Shown here in pieces: positions 9,395 to 22,676 of a stretch of 64,000 nucleotides of DNA (position 1 is the first letter of the stretch; each line of letters begins with the position of its first letter). The notes below the pieces were generated by a model that did not search any database, was not told the origin of the DNA, and saw nothing but the letters and a program-made list of their open reading frames with translations. Position numbers and translations under genes: made by a program. The stretch is from Amoebidium appalachense (Eukaryota > Protista > Ichthyosporea), in assembly GCA_963693365.1 (NCBI GenBank), contig CAVNZM010000005.1, positions 5,153,167-5,217,166 of the forward strand. The letters run 5' to 3'.

Positions 9395-10648
9395 GTAATT
9401 GCCGGTGCTGGATGCACAGATACGGCATGTATTGCACATTGTGACCCAGTGGGTCACGAAAAAGTAATTAAAAATGTGCCTATACCATGTGCTTCTGCCC
9501 CGGCTTCTTCCGATATTCCCCCCTCCGAGCCCCCTTCCCCCGACCCCCGACCCCCCACCCCCCCACACCTATCCCCCCCCACAAAGAAACTTCGAACACT
9601 CGATAGAATAAGAAAAGTGTTCGATATAAGTGCCATATGCAATGCAGGAAGACGTATCTATGTTAATGTTACGTTGAGTAATGAAAAATACTTTGCATTG
9701 TTTGACACTGGGGCATCATTCACGGTGGTTAGTGAGGCTGTTTTTTCCCGACACATGCAGGAGTTTGCTTTGCAACCCTCGGATGTGATTGTTACTTCTG
9801 TAAGGAAAAACGATAAAGCTCTAGCTGTGAGTGGTGAAGTGATGCTCCCGTTATGCCTCGGTTCTCAAACATTCATGTGGCCTTGCTTAGTAATTAAAAA
9901 TATTAAGCATGACATGATTATTGGGAACGATTTTGCCAACAAACACATTGCCACCACTAATCATCAAGCACACTCACTAACACTGGTGTCGGGGATGGTG
10001 GTGCCGACGTCATCTTTGCACACCCCCTACACAATGTGTCCTGTTACCGTCAAGCACGACACCACCGTCAAATCTGGCTTTGGATGTGTATTACGTGCAA
10101 CGGTGCAGGTGACTGCTGCTGCTGCTGCTGCTGGCACCCTCGGTATCTTCGAGCCTACTCGTGAATTTCGAGATAAGTTCCCCCCCACCATCTGTGAAAT
10201 TAGTGTGGATAAATCTATTGCTGTTGTGTGCGAAAATGGTGTGGGTCCGGATTTGAACGTGTTCGGTACCATCGGTCATTTCGTTCCTACGAGCCGACAT
10301 GAGTACATAGTATTACACGAACTGAGTGTTTTGCAAGCCGAACCCCACCCCAGCCGTACACAAACCGTCGTTGGTGCAATAGCGCAGTGCATCAGGTGGG
10401 CAACGGGGGGTGGAGAAGGTTGCCTACCCAATTCACCTCCGGCCGTGCCACCGGGCCGGGTGCCTACCGATAACATGTGTGGGCACGAAGGGCATGTGAG
10501 TGGGACACGAGGCGTTCCGATACACTCACCGATCGACCAATCAATGTGTGCCGTTGATCATGAAAAACCCCCCCCCCCCCCCGCGAAAAATTTCGGAAAT
10601 TTCGGGTGGGGGTGCACACGATGCCGGCCAGGCTCCCCACGGTTTTGA
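9395..10648 (+). CDS. pro: Aspartic protease ORF, in frame with gag after a single TAG
   Basis: ALFDTGASF active site and MIIGNDF motif. The frame is open from 9395, with 18 sense codons before the ORF-track start at 9449. Confidence 0.88.
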   Translation, partial: VIAGAGCTDTACIAHCDPVGHEKVIKNVPIPCASAPASSDIPPSEPPSPDPRPPTPPHLSPPTKKLRTLDRIRKVFDISAICNAGRRIYVNVTLSNEKYFALFDTGASFTVVSEAVFSRHMQEFALQPSDVIVTSVRKNDKALAVSGEVMLPLCLGSQTFMWPCLVIKNIKHDMIIGNDFANKHIATTNHQAHSLTLVSGMVVPTSSLHTPYTMCPVTVKHDTTVKSGFGCVLRATVQVTAAAAAAGTLGIFEPTREFRDKFPPTICEISVDKSIAVVCENGVGPDLNVFGTIGHFVPTSRHEYIVLHELSVLQAEPHPSRTQTVVGAIAQCIRWATGGGEGCLPNSPPAVPPGRVPTDNMCGHEGHVSGTRGVPIHSPIDQSMCAVDHEKPPPPPAKNFGNFGWGCTRCRPGSPRF

Positions 10649-13600
10649 TTCGAATAGGGTGCCTCAGAGTATGCTTCCGGATGTCAAGAAACTATTAGAA
10701 CCACACTCTCGTTGCTTCATCACTACGGACCCCGACGAATTTCCTCAGATTAAAGGATTCACCATGCACATAGACACGGGAGATAACCCACCGATTCGAT
10801 TAAAACAGTGGAGGTTGGAACAAGTGAAAGAGCAGGCTGCAAAGGAGATCGTGGAGGATATGTGTCGTAGAGGGCAGATGGAACAAGCACACAGTCAGTA
10901 TAATTCACCCACCTTCGTAATACGAAAACCAAACGGGAAATACCGTCTGCTGACTGATTTTCGTGCTCTTAACAAGCAAATTCGAAAATCTGCCTGGCCC
11001 ATGCCCAACCTGCAACAACAAATAGAGAAGTTGGCTGGGTATAAGTATTTCTGTAAAGCTGATATGTCGGGTGCCTTTTACCAAATACTGCTAGACGCTG
11101 AGTCACGTGAAAAAACAGGATTTTCTGTGGCTGGTGTGCAGTATCGTTATTGTGTGGCACCACAGGGGCTCAGTACTTCCCCGTCCCAGCTAGCATCTAT
11201 CATGACACAGATTTTGGCCCCTCTGGCCGATGACGTGGTGGTATATGCCGATGATTTAGCTGTGGGTGCACACACCGAAAAAGAATTAATACAGAAGCTT
11301 GACCGACTTTTCACCCGTCTCGGTGAATATGGTGTTAAGCTCGATGGGGCAAAGACATACATTGGGCTTACGGAAATACCGTTTTTGGGTTGGATTGTAG
11401 GTGTGAATGGCATTCGGCCCGACCCGAAAAAGGTTCAGGCAGTGAAAGATTGGCCGGTACCAAACACACTACACCAACTCCGGGGTTTTCTGGGTATTAC
11501 TTCCTATCTCCGCCGTCACATTTTAAATTATGCAGAGCGAGCCCGACCCATGAATGCCGAGTGTTACGGAGAAAAACACCGACGGTTAAAATGGACGGAC
11601 GAATTAGATCGCTCGTTTAAAGATTTAAAATCGGCGTTAACGGAGGAAGTGCTTGCCCTGCCCGATCTTTCCCCCACGGGGGGTCAGTTTCTTATTCGTT
11701 GTGATGCTAGTCGGTTCTCGGAAGGGGCTTGCCTGTATCAAAAACAAAAAGATGGCAAGTTCCGCACGGTGGCATATGCCTCCCGGATGTTTCAACCTAC
11801 CGAACGTAGGTGGAGCAACATCGAACGAGAAACGCATGCAATCTATTGGGCACTGAAAGAGTTTAGGGTGTACGCGTACTAGTATGGTCGAGTGAATACT
11901 ATTGTGGAGAGTGACCATAAGCCCTGTCTTTCTCTTAAAGGTGTCAAACGGATAGCAAACGAACGGATGCAACGGTGGGCTTTGGAAATGCAGGAGTATG
12001 ATTTCGATCTATACTACCGTCCTGGCCCTACCATGCACGATGCTGATGGGTTAAGCCGTATAGGATATATTCTGCATGAGAACGAAAACATACCACTGCA
12101 AAGGTGGGATGTGAAAAAGGAATTACAAGAGGTTCTCACAGCAGATTTATCCGAGCTTAGCTCGAAACCAGCCGAAGTGTTTGTTGATTGGGGTGATGCA
12201 CTCGAATTCACACACATTTTCGATCCAGACCGCTTGAAAAGTGCACAAATTTCTGCACTCAGTCAAGCCGGCCTGCCCTCCCTTTCTGCACTCGGTGGTG
12301 CCGGCTATCAGAAGGAAGCAATTATGATGGCACAGGGGGGGGACAAAATGTGTAAAGATATAATCACGTGGCTACGGTGGCTTGCCTCCCTCGATGCCGA
12401 GGCCAAACGGGAATGGCAGGCAGGGGGGGAACGAGCTGCACACGGTCTTAATCTTGAGTATTTCGGATACAAAAAGGTTAAGAAAATAGCACAAATGTGT
12501 GTGATAGAGGATGACGTGCTTTATCATGTGGCTAAGGATGGTCGTCGTTGCCTGTATGTGCCCGAAATCCTTCGTGCTGATTTATTAAGAAGTGTGCACG
12601 ACGGGGGGGCTCATACTGGCATTGAACGAACTTACGAAAGATTATACAATTATTATTGGCCACGCATGCACAAAGATATCACTGCTTATGTGAATGCCTG
12701 CACACAGTGCCAAGGCCGTAACGATAACCCACACTTGAGAAGTAGGCCATTTGAACAGAGATACGAAAATTTAAAAATGTTCTCTCGTGTTTCTGTTGAC
12801 CTTATGGGTCCGTTCACAGAAACGAAAAATGGTAATACTTTCATTTGTGTGTTTATGGATATGGCAACGAAGTATTTAATCACTGTGCCCATCCAATCTA
12901 AGCATGCCGTTAATGTTGCACATGCACTCATGAATGTAATTTGCTATATACACGGCCCCCCTCGTACACTCTTGAGTGATCAAGGATCAGAATTTCTCAA
13001 TGAGCTAATTATTGAGATTTGCCGTATAGCAAATATTGCACAAGTGAGCACCTCTGCATATCACCCACAAAGCAACGGTTCCAATGAACGGTCTCATAGA
13101 TTTATTAATAATGCACTCTCAAAGTACGTTAATTATGAGCACACTAATTGGGACACTCTGTTGCCGGTGGTTACACATCATGCATACAACACAACAACAC
13201 ACAAAATTTTGCAATGTACACCGTATTATCTTGTGTACGGGCAAGAAGCAACACAATTCCCTGACGTTGCCCTTCTTAGCAGTAACCACCCGGCACTCAA
13301 GGACCCAGAGTGGAAGGCATACCGGCGAGAGTTACTAGCCCGTCTGCCTCTGCTCCGTGCTGTGGTCCAGCAACGTGCCGTACGAGAGCCCCCAGGCCCC
13401 TCGGTGGCTCGTGAATTTAAGAAGGGTGCACGGATACGTGTTCGGAATCAAGCCAAAAATATCGGTGCCTGGGATGTACGGTGGATTACGGGTTACGAAA
13501 TCGTCAAAAGGGTCGGCCCGGTCACGTACGAGATCCGAAGCTTAGCAACTATGAAGAAATCTAAGTGGCACGTGGACGATATTCAGCTTGAATTGAGTGA

Positions 13601-13910
13601 GCAAAATAGAATTCGGCCTCAAGATCTCTCTCACCTCCCGGACACGGGCGATAGTCACAATTTCAACAAGGTTCTGCCGGACGAGTGGGTGGTGGAAAAG
13701 GTGCTTGACGTAAGAATTCAGAAACGGCGCAAGCAATCCACCCCTTACAAGTGGTACCAGATCAAGTGGGCAGGCAAAGATGAATCATTCACCTCTTGGG
13801 AGTGTGAGAAAGACTTAGCCTGCCCGGACAAGATCCGAGAGTTCCACCAACGCAGAGGTGACCTTGCATCGTTCCACGGATACATTGACTCATTGTGTGG
13901 AGCATGGTGA
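10560..13910 (+). CDS. pol: Pol: RT-RNase H-integrase-chromodomain; +1 frame relative to pro, with an in-frame TAG at 11880-11882
   Basis: RT: YNSP..KPNGKYRLLTDFRALN, PQGL, YADD. RH: CDAS..ERE..SDHKP. IN: H..H..CTQC, SVDLMG, SDQGSEF, NGSNER. Chromodomain: WVVEKVLD..IKWAG..SWE. ORFs 10500-11882 and 11892-13910 share one frame. The start coordinate is approximate. Confidence 0.93.
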
Positions 13911-13950
13911 CGTATGTCGAGGACGACATACTTCTTTTCACGGTGGGGCG

Positions 13951-14560
13951 TGTGGTATATTATACCGGATATCTAGTATGGATGTACACAGGTTGAGATA
14001 TACGCACACGTGTACATGTATATATACCACTGTGTTTGATCTTAGGTAGGCCAGTATGCATGTCCCCCCCAGTCTTGTGCGCATGAGCATGGAGTTAAAC
14101 ATATGTGCACGTGCAACTTGCAGGATTATTCATGGGAAAACAGATATAATAGCCACATGGGACCGACACGTAGTAGAGGAACCATGAGCGTTAAGTTATA
14201 GTTTTATCATGGGAAAATATGCAAGTAGCCGTGAGGTATGACTGTGGAATGCATCGATAATCAAGTACTGTCACCCGATTGGCTCACTAGGTTTATTGGA
14301 ACCGTGATAGCCATGGGACAGAACCGTGAGCCGTATGTGATTGGCTCTCGTAGCCAAAAAGCACATACCGATGCGCATGTCTGAGCCGCTGTGCGAGCTC
14401 CGATATAAGGGCATGCCGGGGGCTTCAGAGCTCACTCAGTGTGCTCGGCTTACTAGGTGTAAGTAGGACTAGCACGTAACTAAGCAAAGCGTGGTCTAGT
14501 CAACCCCGTTCATTTATAAACATATTGTTTGTCACAGACACACGATCATATTATACAACA
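13951..14560 (+). repeat. 3' LTR (610 bp)
   Basis: Direct repeat of 6810-7425, preceded by a weak G-rich PPT candidate (CGGTGGGGCG, 13941-13950). Confidence 0.97.
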
Positions 14561-16152
14561 GTAACATGGTGGTATGCACACCTGCACACGGTGCCTGCCA
14601 GTGTGTGTAAGCATGCTTTTATGTGTGTGATAAGCAGCCAATGGCCTTGTCCCCTTTCTGTTCCTTCCATTCATCTCCCTGGCTTCCCAAGCATGCATGT
14701 GTACACGTGTGTGTGTGTGTGGGTGTGTGGTAACACTGTGGTTTGGTGGGTGGCCATACCGGAGTGGGTGGGTGCTTATAAGATCACGATCAAAATGTGG
14801 ATGTCTAAGCGGTGTGGTTGCGTGACGGTATGCCACTGTACATGTGTATGTGGCGCCCGTGGGGGGGGGGGGGGGGGAGGGGGGGGGAGGGGGGGGGAGA
14901 TGGGGAAAGGGGGGTTAGAATGTGTTATACTCGAGAAGGTATTTCCGTACGACGGAGGCACGGCTGAAATTCATGTATGTGGAGATCCCTCACATGTACC
15001 GGCGGCGCTAAAAAGCACAATACTTGATAGAATATCAGCAAAGTAAAAGCCGCTTAGTAATACCCCAAAACCATAAACCTATATAGTCGTTCGAGGATCG
15101 AAGCGTTGGCCCAGCTGGCCCCTTGATCTTAATCATTGGATCGTGTTTTGACCAATCATGATCAGGTGTGAGTGAAGGTCCGTCGCCGAACCACACAAAA
15201 TGCATTACATTCAATCAAGACCCAGAATCTACCCCCCCCCCCCCCCCCCTCCCCCCTCCCCCCCCTTCCCCCCCGGGGGTGACCCCTTACCATCACCAAC
15301 ACCACAAAAAACGCACACGCACGTACACACGCACACACACACACACAAAACACATAAAACGTGCACACACAAACACACACATACACCCAGGTGCACAACC
15401 AGCAGAGAGAGCCTCGGAGAGAGGGAGGGGGTTGAAGTAAAATGATAGGCATGGCCACAGACACATACGTGTATGCAAAAAAAAAAAAAAAGACAACAGT
15501 CACACGTGCACACACACACACCCCCACTGTCGCACACGCACAAGCACACGCACGCACGCACGCACGCACGCACCCGTCCCTAATACTAGACTTGTAACTA
15601 TAACCTTCTGATCATTCATCAGCAAACTTCATCCGGCATCCGAAACCCATTAAAAACCCATTAAAGATATCATAAACCCATAAACCCATCTTTTTGCCAC
15701 TCTTTATCCCCCTCTTGTCTTTTAGATAACATAACAGCATCGTTTTGCTATCACGGGTTTTCTGGATATCATTTTGGTATCTTTTGCTAGATATCAAAAT
15801 GATCTCATAATGGGCTCATACGGAGCACCCTGAACCCATCGTTGTTCTATCCTGTGTTCCATGTATTCAACAACCTCGTTATATCCGTATGATACCATTA
15901 TGATAGTCTATTTGATATCATAAAATCTTTTTAGTCTGATGTTCAGAAGCGTTTTAGGGGGTTTACGCTGTTTACTCGAGGCAAAGAGAACCAGTCTCAG
16001 GTATGGGGGGGGGGGTTTTGCTCGGAATATCCCCTCAGCGGTATATCATGATCACGTACATAGATGTCGGGTGGTGACTATATATCAGGGTTTACTTTCT
16101 CTACGAGACACCATAAAGACTACAAGGAGAAATCAATTAGTTGGGGTTCCCC

Positions 16153-16203
<51 letters not shown>

Positions 16204-16235
16204 GGGCTCCCCTCGGGACACTCGGTATCAGCTGG

Positions 16236-16308
<73 letters not shown>

Positions 16309-17670
16309 TGTGTGTGTGTGCGCGTGCGCTATAATTTTGTAGTGATGTGTTTCTCAAGCCAATCAATACATCTAATAAACAGGTCGTAGTTACGCGTGTT
16401 TAGTATAAAATCAAGGATGTTGTAATTTACAGGTAGGCTATCTTTCTGGGTGTCTGTTGTGAATGTGACGTGTGTGTGTTGCGGTATTATGTGGTCTATC
16501 AAACTACATTTGGCGATACATGACCGGTTAAACTGGTGACGTGTGTGTGTTGTTTGGGCATGCAAATGATGCCACCTTATACTTATTAGATCTCCACTGT
16601 ATAGCACGTGTACAGTAAAAGCGTGGTAATTGATCAATAATACCATCAGCTAGAGAGAGACCAGTTCTACAGGAAGGTAATATGTATTTAGGTGTTATAC
16701 ACTTGCGAGTGCCATATTTGGCAATATGGTTGAGGCGGTCAGTATATATAAAACGAGACATAAGGCTTAGTTTTTCAAGGTGTATGCTTTCATCGGGTCT
16801 AGTGTCGTGTGGTATCTTTTTCCATTTGTTATATTGCGTGATTATCTTGTGATTGTGTACATGTTTAATAAGTAAGTGGCAGTCCAAAGTCACACACACA
16901 CTATTGCGGGGTTTATTTGTATTTGTGCCCAGGGGAGAAGGGGAGAGAGAGGGGAGGAAAGAGGGGAGAGGTGAGGAGCGTTTTAGACATAATAAAGATA
17001 TCTCTAATAGCGGATTAGGAGCCCTTCCCCATATCCTTATGGTAGCTATCACATATCCTTACGATATATATGATAATCGATCATAAGATACATATATATC
17101 TATATGATATCATTTCGAGGTCATTATAGGAGGTTTCGTATATGGTAATACATCTATAAGATACTATTACAGATGTCCTTTTCATATACAACGGATAGGT
17201 ATAGGATGCCGAAAACATTATCTAAAGATCATACGTTAAATGTCATAACGATATAAGCCTCATAACATAAAGATAACTAGGATGGGTCAAAAGAAATTTC
17301 GTAATAATATCGTTTTGATAGTTTTAGGAGCCTTTAAAGATATGAGAAGTTCTGGCTGTATGTCCTCTACACGACATCTTTCTAGTATCTGTTACATATC
17401 GTTAAAACATATAGTAGTTTATCAGCTAACCATTCCTTATGATATTAGTAGCATATCGTTAACATAACTCTGTCACATCTTTTTGACATACAGCACATAT
17501 ATCAAAACGATAAATTTAAGGTATAATTAAGATTTATTAAGAATGATTTTCGCAATATAGTTATATTATCCTTTTCATATCATTATGTTATGTCTTGATA
17601 TATATGATTGAGCCATTTTCAAAGTTGATATCATCCAGACGTCGTTTCCGATCACTGTTTGATGTCGTTT

Positions 17671-17704
<34 letters not shown>

Positions 17705-18083
17705 CCCCTCACCCCTTTCGAACCTGCCTGTCACGTGGTCATATGTCGTCGAGCCGCTGATTACAGATCCATTTTCTGCAGACACGTCCCACTGGAACGT
17801 GTCAACTATAACTCATCTATTATCTTTTACGTAGGGTTATGTCCCACTGGGGCGTGTCTGTCACTTCAAATATTTTCTAAGACAAATATTTTTAAAGACA
17901 TGTCCTCGGGACATGTCTTCACACAATTTATTCGAACTACGAAAACACACAAAATAAATACACAGACACACACAAAATAATAATAATAATAATAAAAATA
18001 ATAAAAAGCTCTGTTACTTTTTCTCTTCGCACACACACACACAAAAAAAAAGAAAAAAAGAAAAAAAAAGAAAAGTCACTCTT

Positions 18084-18114
<31 letters not shown>

Positions 18115-18360
18115 GGGGAAGGAGTATAAAAGAGCAGCAACGAACATAAACAAAACTCAAAACAAGCAAACTATTATGCGGGTTTCTAAGAAGCTCCCAA
18201 CATCATTAAACTAAACACATGCTAATCCCTTGACAGAAGAGTAACAAGGTGTGTGTGTATGGGTATGAGGCCCAAAAAAAAAAAAAGGACGCCCAACATG
18301 ACAATATAAGGGGGGCACTCTTACACCAAACCATACCATACCAAATGCCGGCAGAGTAAT

Positions 18361-18602
18361 TAACAGGACAAAGAGCCGGTACCCACCTATGGGTGCTAAA
18401 CATGCACATGATCATTCATGTGCTATAAGAGCAACACAGAAACGAAACACGGAAACAACAGCAGCCATAGGACAAAGAACCAGACCCACAGGGTCTTGCC
18501 TCCATACTTTATTTACCTTAACAGGACAAAGAGCCGGTACCCACCTATGAAACGAAAAACGGAAACAACAGCAGCCATAGGACAAAGAGCCGGTACCCAC
18601 CT
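18361..18602. repeat. Local repeats (AGGACAAAGAGCCGGTACCCACCT x3; ACGGAAACAACAGCAGCCATAGGACAAAGA x2)
   Basis: Direct repeats visible near 18365, 18523 and 18579. Confidence 0.75.
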
Positions 18603-19134
18603 CTAGATGATAACGTAGCCTTATAGCTGCTGATGACTTCATGGGCCAACCTTGCCAAAACCTGTAAAGGAACTCGAGCTAAGAATTAGCTCATCCTACT
18701 TGCGAGAAGTGGGGGGAGGGGGGGGGGGGGGGGGGGGGACTGAGGGGGCTGACTGAGAGTGGCAAAAAAAGAGTCGACAGAACCAACCTTAAACATAGTA
18801 AGGACGGAAACCCGGACCAGAACTTATGAAGTCTAGAGAAGCAGAAAATAGCTTGAACGATCGGTGGAGGGGATGATAGCTATAGTGCTAACAGCAAAAG
18901 TAGTGCCCACAGTCGCTGGTTCATGAACGTGAAAGGCAACGTGCATCTGCAGCCAGCAGACACACGCACACGCACGCACGCACACACACATACACACACA
19001 CACACACAGACCAGACAGACAAACGCCATATGCACAAAAGCAGGCAACACAAAACTAACCTTCAAGAAGAAGCTGCAGCATGCAGCATGGTCCAAAACAA
19101 TCAGCACGGTGGCTGCGCGATCTGCGGAGGGGAT

Positions 19135-19240
19135 CTGTGACCAGGCGCTGCGGGAAGGGAACTGCGACCAGGCGACCTACGGGAAGGGACCTGCGACCAG
19201 GCGACCTGCGGGAAAGCACCTGCGGACCTGCGGGAAGGGG
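19135..19240. repeat. GC-rich degenerate minisatellite (GCGACCTGCGGGAAGGG / GCGACCAG)
   Basis: About 4 imperfect tandem units. Confidence 0.65.
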
Positions 19241-19589
19241 GAAGAGAAATGGAGAAAACAACGTGCGTACAGGCTTAAATGGAGAAAAAAATTGCAAACC
19301 GGATTGGGATTTAGCCAATCACTATTCGCCGCGCCTGATTAGGAAAAAGATAAAAATAGATTTCGGCTCGCGCGCGCGCGTGCATCAGCTTGGTGCCCTT
19401 AGCGCTACCCTTAGTGCCCTTAGTCACAACTATCAGACTATAGTTACGTGTCCTCCACTTCTTTGTTCTTGACCATTTTTTCGGCATGAAAGGGTTTCTG
19501 TTACTTCTTGCTGTCCTTCTTAGCGTGCTTGCTTGTCTTTTTTTCAACATGGGTGTCACTGGCGCTTTCGACTTCTTTGAAATCACACA

Positions 19590-19620
<31 letters not shown>

Positions 19621-20330
19621 GCACGCGCGCACGCACACACACTCACACATGCACACTGCACACACACACACACACACACACACAGGCGCGCACACACAGG
19701 CACGCACACACACACAGGCGCACACCTACACAACACACACAGCACATGCACACACAAGCGCACACACGCACACACCCTGTTATCCCTGATCATGATGCCC
19801 CCTCCCCCCCTCCCTCTTCCCCCCCGCGCACCCCCCCCCCCCCCCCCCCCCCCCCCCCCACCCACCCCACCCACCCACCTACAAAGACGAAAACATTGTA
19901 CATGTATTGCATACACAAATATACTCGCACATATACATACACACATTCACTTTAATCTTTCAGGCTACATGTGCAATATACATTAATTATGCACAGTCGA
20001 TAGAATTCGTTGTGAACCCCCCCCCCCCCCCCCCCCCCCCCCTCCCCCCCCCCCCCCTCCTCGTTCCCCCCATATGCAATGGGGATAATATTGTTTCCCG
20101 CTATTAATTAAAAAATCACCGTTCTAACTTCTTAAGACCGAACCACTTGTAACACCGACAGTTTCGGTTGTGTGGAACCCCCCCCCCCCTCCCCCCCCCC
20201 CCCCCCCCCCCCCCCCCCAACCCACCCACCACCTTACCAATATTGAGGTGTACACTGCCCCCACATCCCCAACTGTGTGCTGAATATCCCGTGCTAGGAA
20301 ACCAATAACGTGAAAGTAACACATGCCGCA

Positions 20331-22244
20331 TGTGGGTAGTTATTGAAAAAACCAATAATGTCTAGGTAACATACCGTATGATGTACATATACTATGCTAC
20401 AAAGGGGGTTCTATACGAGCTACAACGTTGTGTTTTTTTCGTGTGACCCTCGTACTCCAGGGGCACATTCACCATCCCCCCCATAAACTTTGTGGTAAAG
20501 TTCTCGTGCTAGAAGCTGTTCTGTGGGTAGTTATTGAAAAAACGAATAATGTCTAGGTAACACATGTACATATGCTATGCTACAAGGGGGGTTCTATTCG
20601 AGCTACAATGTTGTGTTTTTTTCGTGTGCCCCTCGTACTCCAGGGGCACATTCACCATCCACCCCATAAACGTTGTGGTAAATCTCTCGTCCTAGAGGCT
20701 GTTCTGTGGGTAGTTATTGAAACAACCAATAATGTCTAGGTAACATATATATGTACATATACTATGCTACAAGGGGGGTTCTATACGAGCTACAACGTTG
20801 TGTTTTTTTCGTGTGACCCTCGTACTCCAGGGGCACATTCACCATCCCCCCCATAAACGTTGTGGTAAAGCTCTCGTGCTAGAAGCTGTTCTGTGGGTAG
20901 TTATTGAAAAAACCAATAATGTCTAGGTAACATACTATGTACATATACTATGCTACAAGGGGGGTTCTATACGAGCTACAACGTTGTGCTTTTTTCGTGT
21001 GACCCTCGTACTCCAGGGGCACATTCACCATCCCCCCCATACACGTTGTGGTAAAGCTCTCGTGCTAGAAGCTGTTCTGTGGGTAGTTATTGAAAAAACG
21101 AATAATGTCTAGGTAACACATGTACTTATACTATGCTACAAGGGGGGTTCTATTCGAGCTACAATGTTGTGTTTTTTTCGTGTGACCCTCGTACTCCAGG
21201 GGCACATTCACCATCCACCCCATAAACTTTGTGGTAAATCTCTCGTGCTAGAGGCTGTTCTGTGGGTAGCTATTGAAAAACCAATAATGTCTAGGTAACA
21301 TATGTACATATACTATGCTACAAGGGGGGTTCTATACGAGCTACAACGTTGTGTTTTTTTCGTGTGACCCTCGTACTCCAGGGGCACATTCACCATCCCC
21401 CCCATAAACGTTGTGGTAAAGCTCTCGTGCTAGAAGCTGTTCTGTGGGTAGTTATTGAAAAAACCAATAATGTCTAGGTAACATACTATGTACATATACT
21501 ATGCTACAAGGGGGGTTCTATACGAGCTACAACGTTGTGTTTTTTTCGTGTGACCCTTGTACTCCAGGGGCACATTCAACATCCCCCCCATACACGTTGT
21601 GGTAAATGTCTCGTGCTAGAAGCTGTTCTGTGGGTAGTTATTGAAACAACCAATAATGTCTAGGTAACACATGGACATATACTATGCTACAAGGGGGGTC
21701 TATTCGAGCTACAACATTGTGTTTTTTTCGTGTGACCCTCGTACTCCAGGGGCACATTCACCATCTCCCCCATAAACTTTGTGGTAAATGTCTCGTGCTA
21801 GAAGCTGTTCTGTGGGTAGTTATTGAAAAAACCAATAATGTCTAGGTAACATACTATGTACATATACTATGCTACAAGGGGGGTTCTATACGAGCTACAA
21901 CGTTGTGTTTTTTTCGTGTGACCCTCGTACTCCAGGGGCACATTCACCATCCCCCCCATAAACTTTGTGGTAAAGCTCTCGTGCTAGAAGCTGTTCTGTG
22001 GGTAGTTATTGAAAAAACGAATAATGTCTAGGTAACACATGTACTTATACTATGCTACAAGGGGGGTTCTATTCGAGCTACAAGGTTGTGTTTTTTTCGT
22101 GTGACCCTCGTACTCCAGGGGCACATTTACCATCCCCCCCATAAACGTTGTGGTAAATTTCTCGTGCTAGAGGCTGTTCTGTGGGTAGTTATTGAAAAAC
22201 CAATAATGTCTAGGTAACATATGTACATATACTATGCTACAAGG
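20331..22244. repeat. Tandem satellite, ~185-bp unit, ~10.3 copies
   Basis: The unit start TGTGGGTAG recurs at 20331, 20522, 20705, 20892, 21078, 21261, 21443, 21629, 21811, 21997 and 22180. Confidence 0.97.
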
Positions 22245-22355
22245 TGCTACAAGGGAGGAGATATTTTATGAACGGGAGAGTGAGCCGAGAATGTGTAGAT
22301 AAAGAACAGAGGAATATCGAGGCAACCGTGGTGTACCCTGTCTTTATGTGAACAC

Positions 22356-22387
<32 letters not shown>

Positions 22388-22460
22388 CTCGCGCGTTCGT
22401 GTCTACCGATGTACGTGCACACGGGCATGTGTTTGGGTGTGTGTATGTACGTGTGTGTGT

Positions 22461-22505
<45 letters not shown>

Positions 22506-22530
22506 AGGTGCGCATGGTAACGTGTGTGTG

Positions 22531-22612
<82 letters not shown>

Positions 22613-22645
22613 CAACGTGCCTGTGTGTGTGTGTGTGTGTGTGGC

Positions 22646-22676
<31 letters not shown>

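Larger units (their letters stand above)
6810..14560 (+). mobile_element. Full-length Ty3/Gypsy LTR retrotransposon with chromodomain (chromovirus)
   Basis: Two near-identical TG..CA LTRs, 5-bp TSD GTAAC (6805-6809, 14561-14565), domain order gag-PR-RT-RH-IN-chromodomain. Confidence 0.98.

Noticed and set aside
10586-10605. -1 frameshift at tandem A AAT TTC heptamers
   Set aside because: They are in the correct pro frame, but the -1 frame stops about 30 codons later; RT is in the +1 frame as assembled.
9392-11882. Genome-wide TAG reassignment explaining both in-frame TAGs
   Set aside because: The Ubl gene appears to end on TAG, no TAG occurs in the 30 NEMF exons, and the RNase H TAG comes with a 6-bp insertion.
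14930-15046. Short protein-like stretch LEKVFPYDGGTAEIHVCGDPSHVPAALKSTILDRISAK
   Set aside because: No recognisable homology and no supporting upstream exons.
20331-22244. CRISPR-like or 5S/snRNA array interpretation of the tandem arrays (also 48374-48830)
   Set aside because: Units are contiguous with no unique spacers, there are no cas genes, and no structural RNA motif was recognised.
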